The translations under genes and the position numbers were made by a program. 64,000 bases of DNA from the human T2T-CHM13v2.0 reference genome, Homo sapiens: NCBI RefSeq assembly GCF_009914755.1, contig NC_060926.1, one strand, 5' to 3'. The stretch's first letter is position 1, and every line of letters starts with the position of its first letter. The notes under the pieces are model-generated. The model did no database searches. It was not told where the DNA came from and worked only from the letters and a program-made list of their open reading frames with translations. Positions 61,783 through 64,000 of this stretch are shown here, piece after piece.

Positions 61783-62549
61783 CTTTCTATGGCCCTAAAT
61801 TGTTCCACCTACAAAATGGGTTGGATCTGATGGCCTCCAAAAACCTGTTCAGCTCTGCCAGTGGGTAGAAAAGTGTTACCCAGAGACTAGAGTCTGGCAG
61901 GTCAAGTCTGGAGACAGCAACATGACTCCATGCCAGATGTGTCTTAACAATTCAAGTGGCCTTTGATTTCCGGTCTTTGGTACAAGACAGCAAACCCCAG
62001 GATATGCCCAGCCATGCATACTTACGCCCATGATTCTGTAGCCTTCTCACTGGTAGAGACTCCGGGAAGTTGCCTTCTCCGCATCTGGAGCAAAAAGAAG
62101 TCCAAAGAAGATTCTCTTCCTTCATTACCTTGAAAGCCCTGTTCTAAAATCCCCCAGGTCTCTAGAATGAAAAAAAAAAAAAAAAACTTTTTAAATATCC
62201 CAATCGAATTCATTTTTAACTGCTCCCCCACCAAATTCACTTAAGATTTCATCAAAACCCTATTCAAATCGTTACAGTAAATGTGATAGTAAATTAAAAG
62301 CTTGTAGCACAAAATTAAGCCAAGTCAACAACCATTTTCACTGAAAAGATGGCTAATTCCCATTGGTAAAGGGGGAGAATTAAATGAGTAGTGGAAAATA
62401 ACATTGCCTGATTAGGAAAAAATAAAAATAAAACCTAAAATGAGAGTCTGGGACTTTGAGCTCAAGTTTTAATTTGGCCCCTATATTATAAGGTCACTGT
62501 GAATAAGCCCCTCTCTTTTTGTGTTCTTGGTTTTTCTTCTCCTGTTAAA

Positions 62550-62581
62550 GAGAGAGAGAGTGAAAGAGAGAGAGAGAGAGA
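62550..62581. repeat. (GA)n tract
   Basis: Read directly. Confidence 0.85.
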
Positions 62582-63499
62582 AAGGAATTAAGTTGAGGCC
62601 CTTTAGGCTTAGCATTCCAAAACTAGGAGGAGGGAGGGGAGAATATTTCTCTTAAGAGTGATTTAGGAATAGGTTTTTCTTTCTGAGTCTGCAAGTCAGA
62701 AGAAAACAAGTGATGTGAACTCCCCAGCAAACTTCCGAGAAGTACTGTCTCCATTCGCACAGGTCTAAGATGCTATCAGTACAGAACTTTCCACCTTTGC
62801 TAACATTCCTTATCTTCTGTCATCTGCACAGTGACTGTGAAAAATGTTCTCAGTGGGTGTTTCTGATTCATTTTCGTGATGGTACCATGATGTCTGAAGA
62901 AGTTAAAGTTTAAACTCTTTCCCTTCCCATTGGTCTTTACAACTCTGTGGATCCTGCCAGTAACTGGGCCAATTCCTAAAGCCTGAGGTTTCCCAGAAAG
63001 GCAGATCTGAGCAGGGCAAGTGCTGTATTGCTAAGGAGAAAAGTCATTGGTTTTTAAATGGTGCTCTTAAAATGGTGCTCTTATAAGGCGGCAACAATGC
63101 TACCCAGCCTGTCGATGTCTCCATATCCAGCTGGTGTTATGAAGATCTCTATCTAGGAATAAACTTCCTCAAAGATAAAACAACAGGCTTGAGCTTTGGA
63201 GACAATAGTAATATTGTCTTGAGCATTTGAGACACTACTCCGAAAGGCACTTAGAGAACACAGTGTATTCTTCTCGTTAATTCCAATACAATTTATGTAT
63301 TGTTCAGGAACTAGCCCTGAGCAAAGTTAGAGAAGAGTCAGTATTCGGGGTCCTTGAAAACATTAAAGTCAACCTGCAATCCTCAGGGGCTAAAGAGAAT
63401 TTTTTTTAGTGTGACATATTTTATAACGTTGTGACTGCCACACAGGCAGGGATTCAGGGTGCTTCCCAACTTTCAGTCTCAGCTTCAAACACACCTGAA

Positions 63500-63790
63500 G
63501 TATATGCAGGTGTGCATGTGTGTAGCATGTGTGTGCACGAGTGCTGGCCTCTTTATAAGTTTGCATGTGTTTGTGTTGGCGTGTGTCTGTGTACAAAGTG
63601 TGCCTGGCTGTGAGCCTGGCTTTGTGGTGGGCAGGGTAGGGACTTGTTTTGAGTGCAGAGGAAGTGAATGTCAGAAACGGAGCATACTGGGATACTAGGA
63701 TACACATGCCTGCACAGGTGTGAGTGTGTAGAGAGATGCATGCACATCAGCTGTGTCGAGTGTGTTTTCATGTATGGAGAAATGGGGTTT
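63500..63790. repeat. Degenerate TG/TGCA-rich low-complexity region
   Basis: tgtgcatgtgtgtagcatgtgtgtgc...gtgtgagtgtgt. Confidence 0.7.
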
Positions 63791-64000
63791 TATGGATACG
63801 TATGACTGTAGAGAGGCCTACAGAATTACCAGTCTTTATGCTCAACAGAAGACAATGCTGGTCCAACCCAAACCCCATCTGCTCTCAGGCTCCCTCATTT
63901 ATTGCAGAGTTTTTTCTGAACACTTACTAAGTGTGAAGTCTTTTGTTAGATACTGGAAAAGAGTACAGAAATAGGAGATAAGATTTATACTCTTAAAGAG

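Overview
This is primate (human-like) non-coding genomic DNA: AT-rich, CpG-depleted, with no CpG island and no recognisable host protein-coding exon, RNA gene or CRISPR array. Much of it is transposon-derived: about 12 Alu/FLAM copies (J, S and Y types), a full-length but inactivated L1PA6-like LINE-1 (26020-32160), and a 5'-inverted (twin-primed) L1PA3-like insertion (19348-21170). It also holds a complete THE1B-like MaLR provirus (52707-54904), many solo LTRs (THE1, MSTA, MLT1, MLT2A), MER20 and MER81/94-like MITEs, and MIR/L2/old L1M fragments. The longer ORFs in the track are TE remnants or chance. The most unusual features are: a 48-bp piece of one local Alu copied about 1 kb upstream; a ~56-bp mosaic insertion in L1 ORF2; an L1 antisense ORF0 frame that lost its native start frame but gained an upstream in-frame ATG; extra sequence inside the TSDs of both young L1s; and several motif palindromes in unique DNA. 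I found no convincing new multi-gene system. Subfamily names come from recalled consensus sequences, not a database search.
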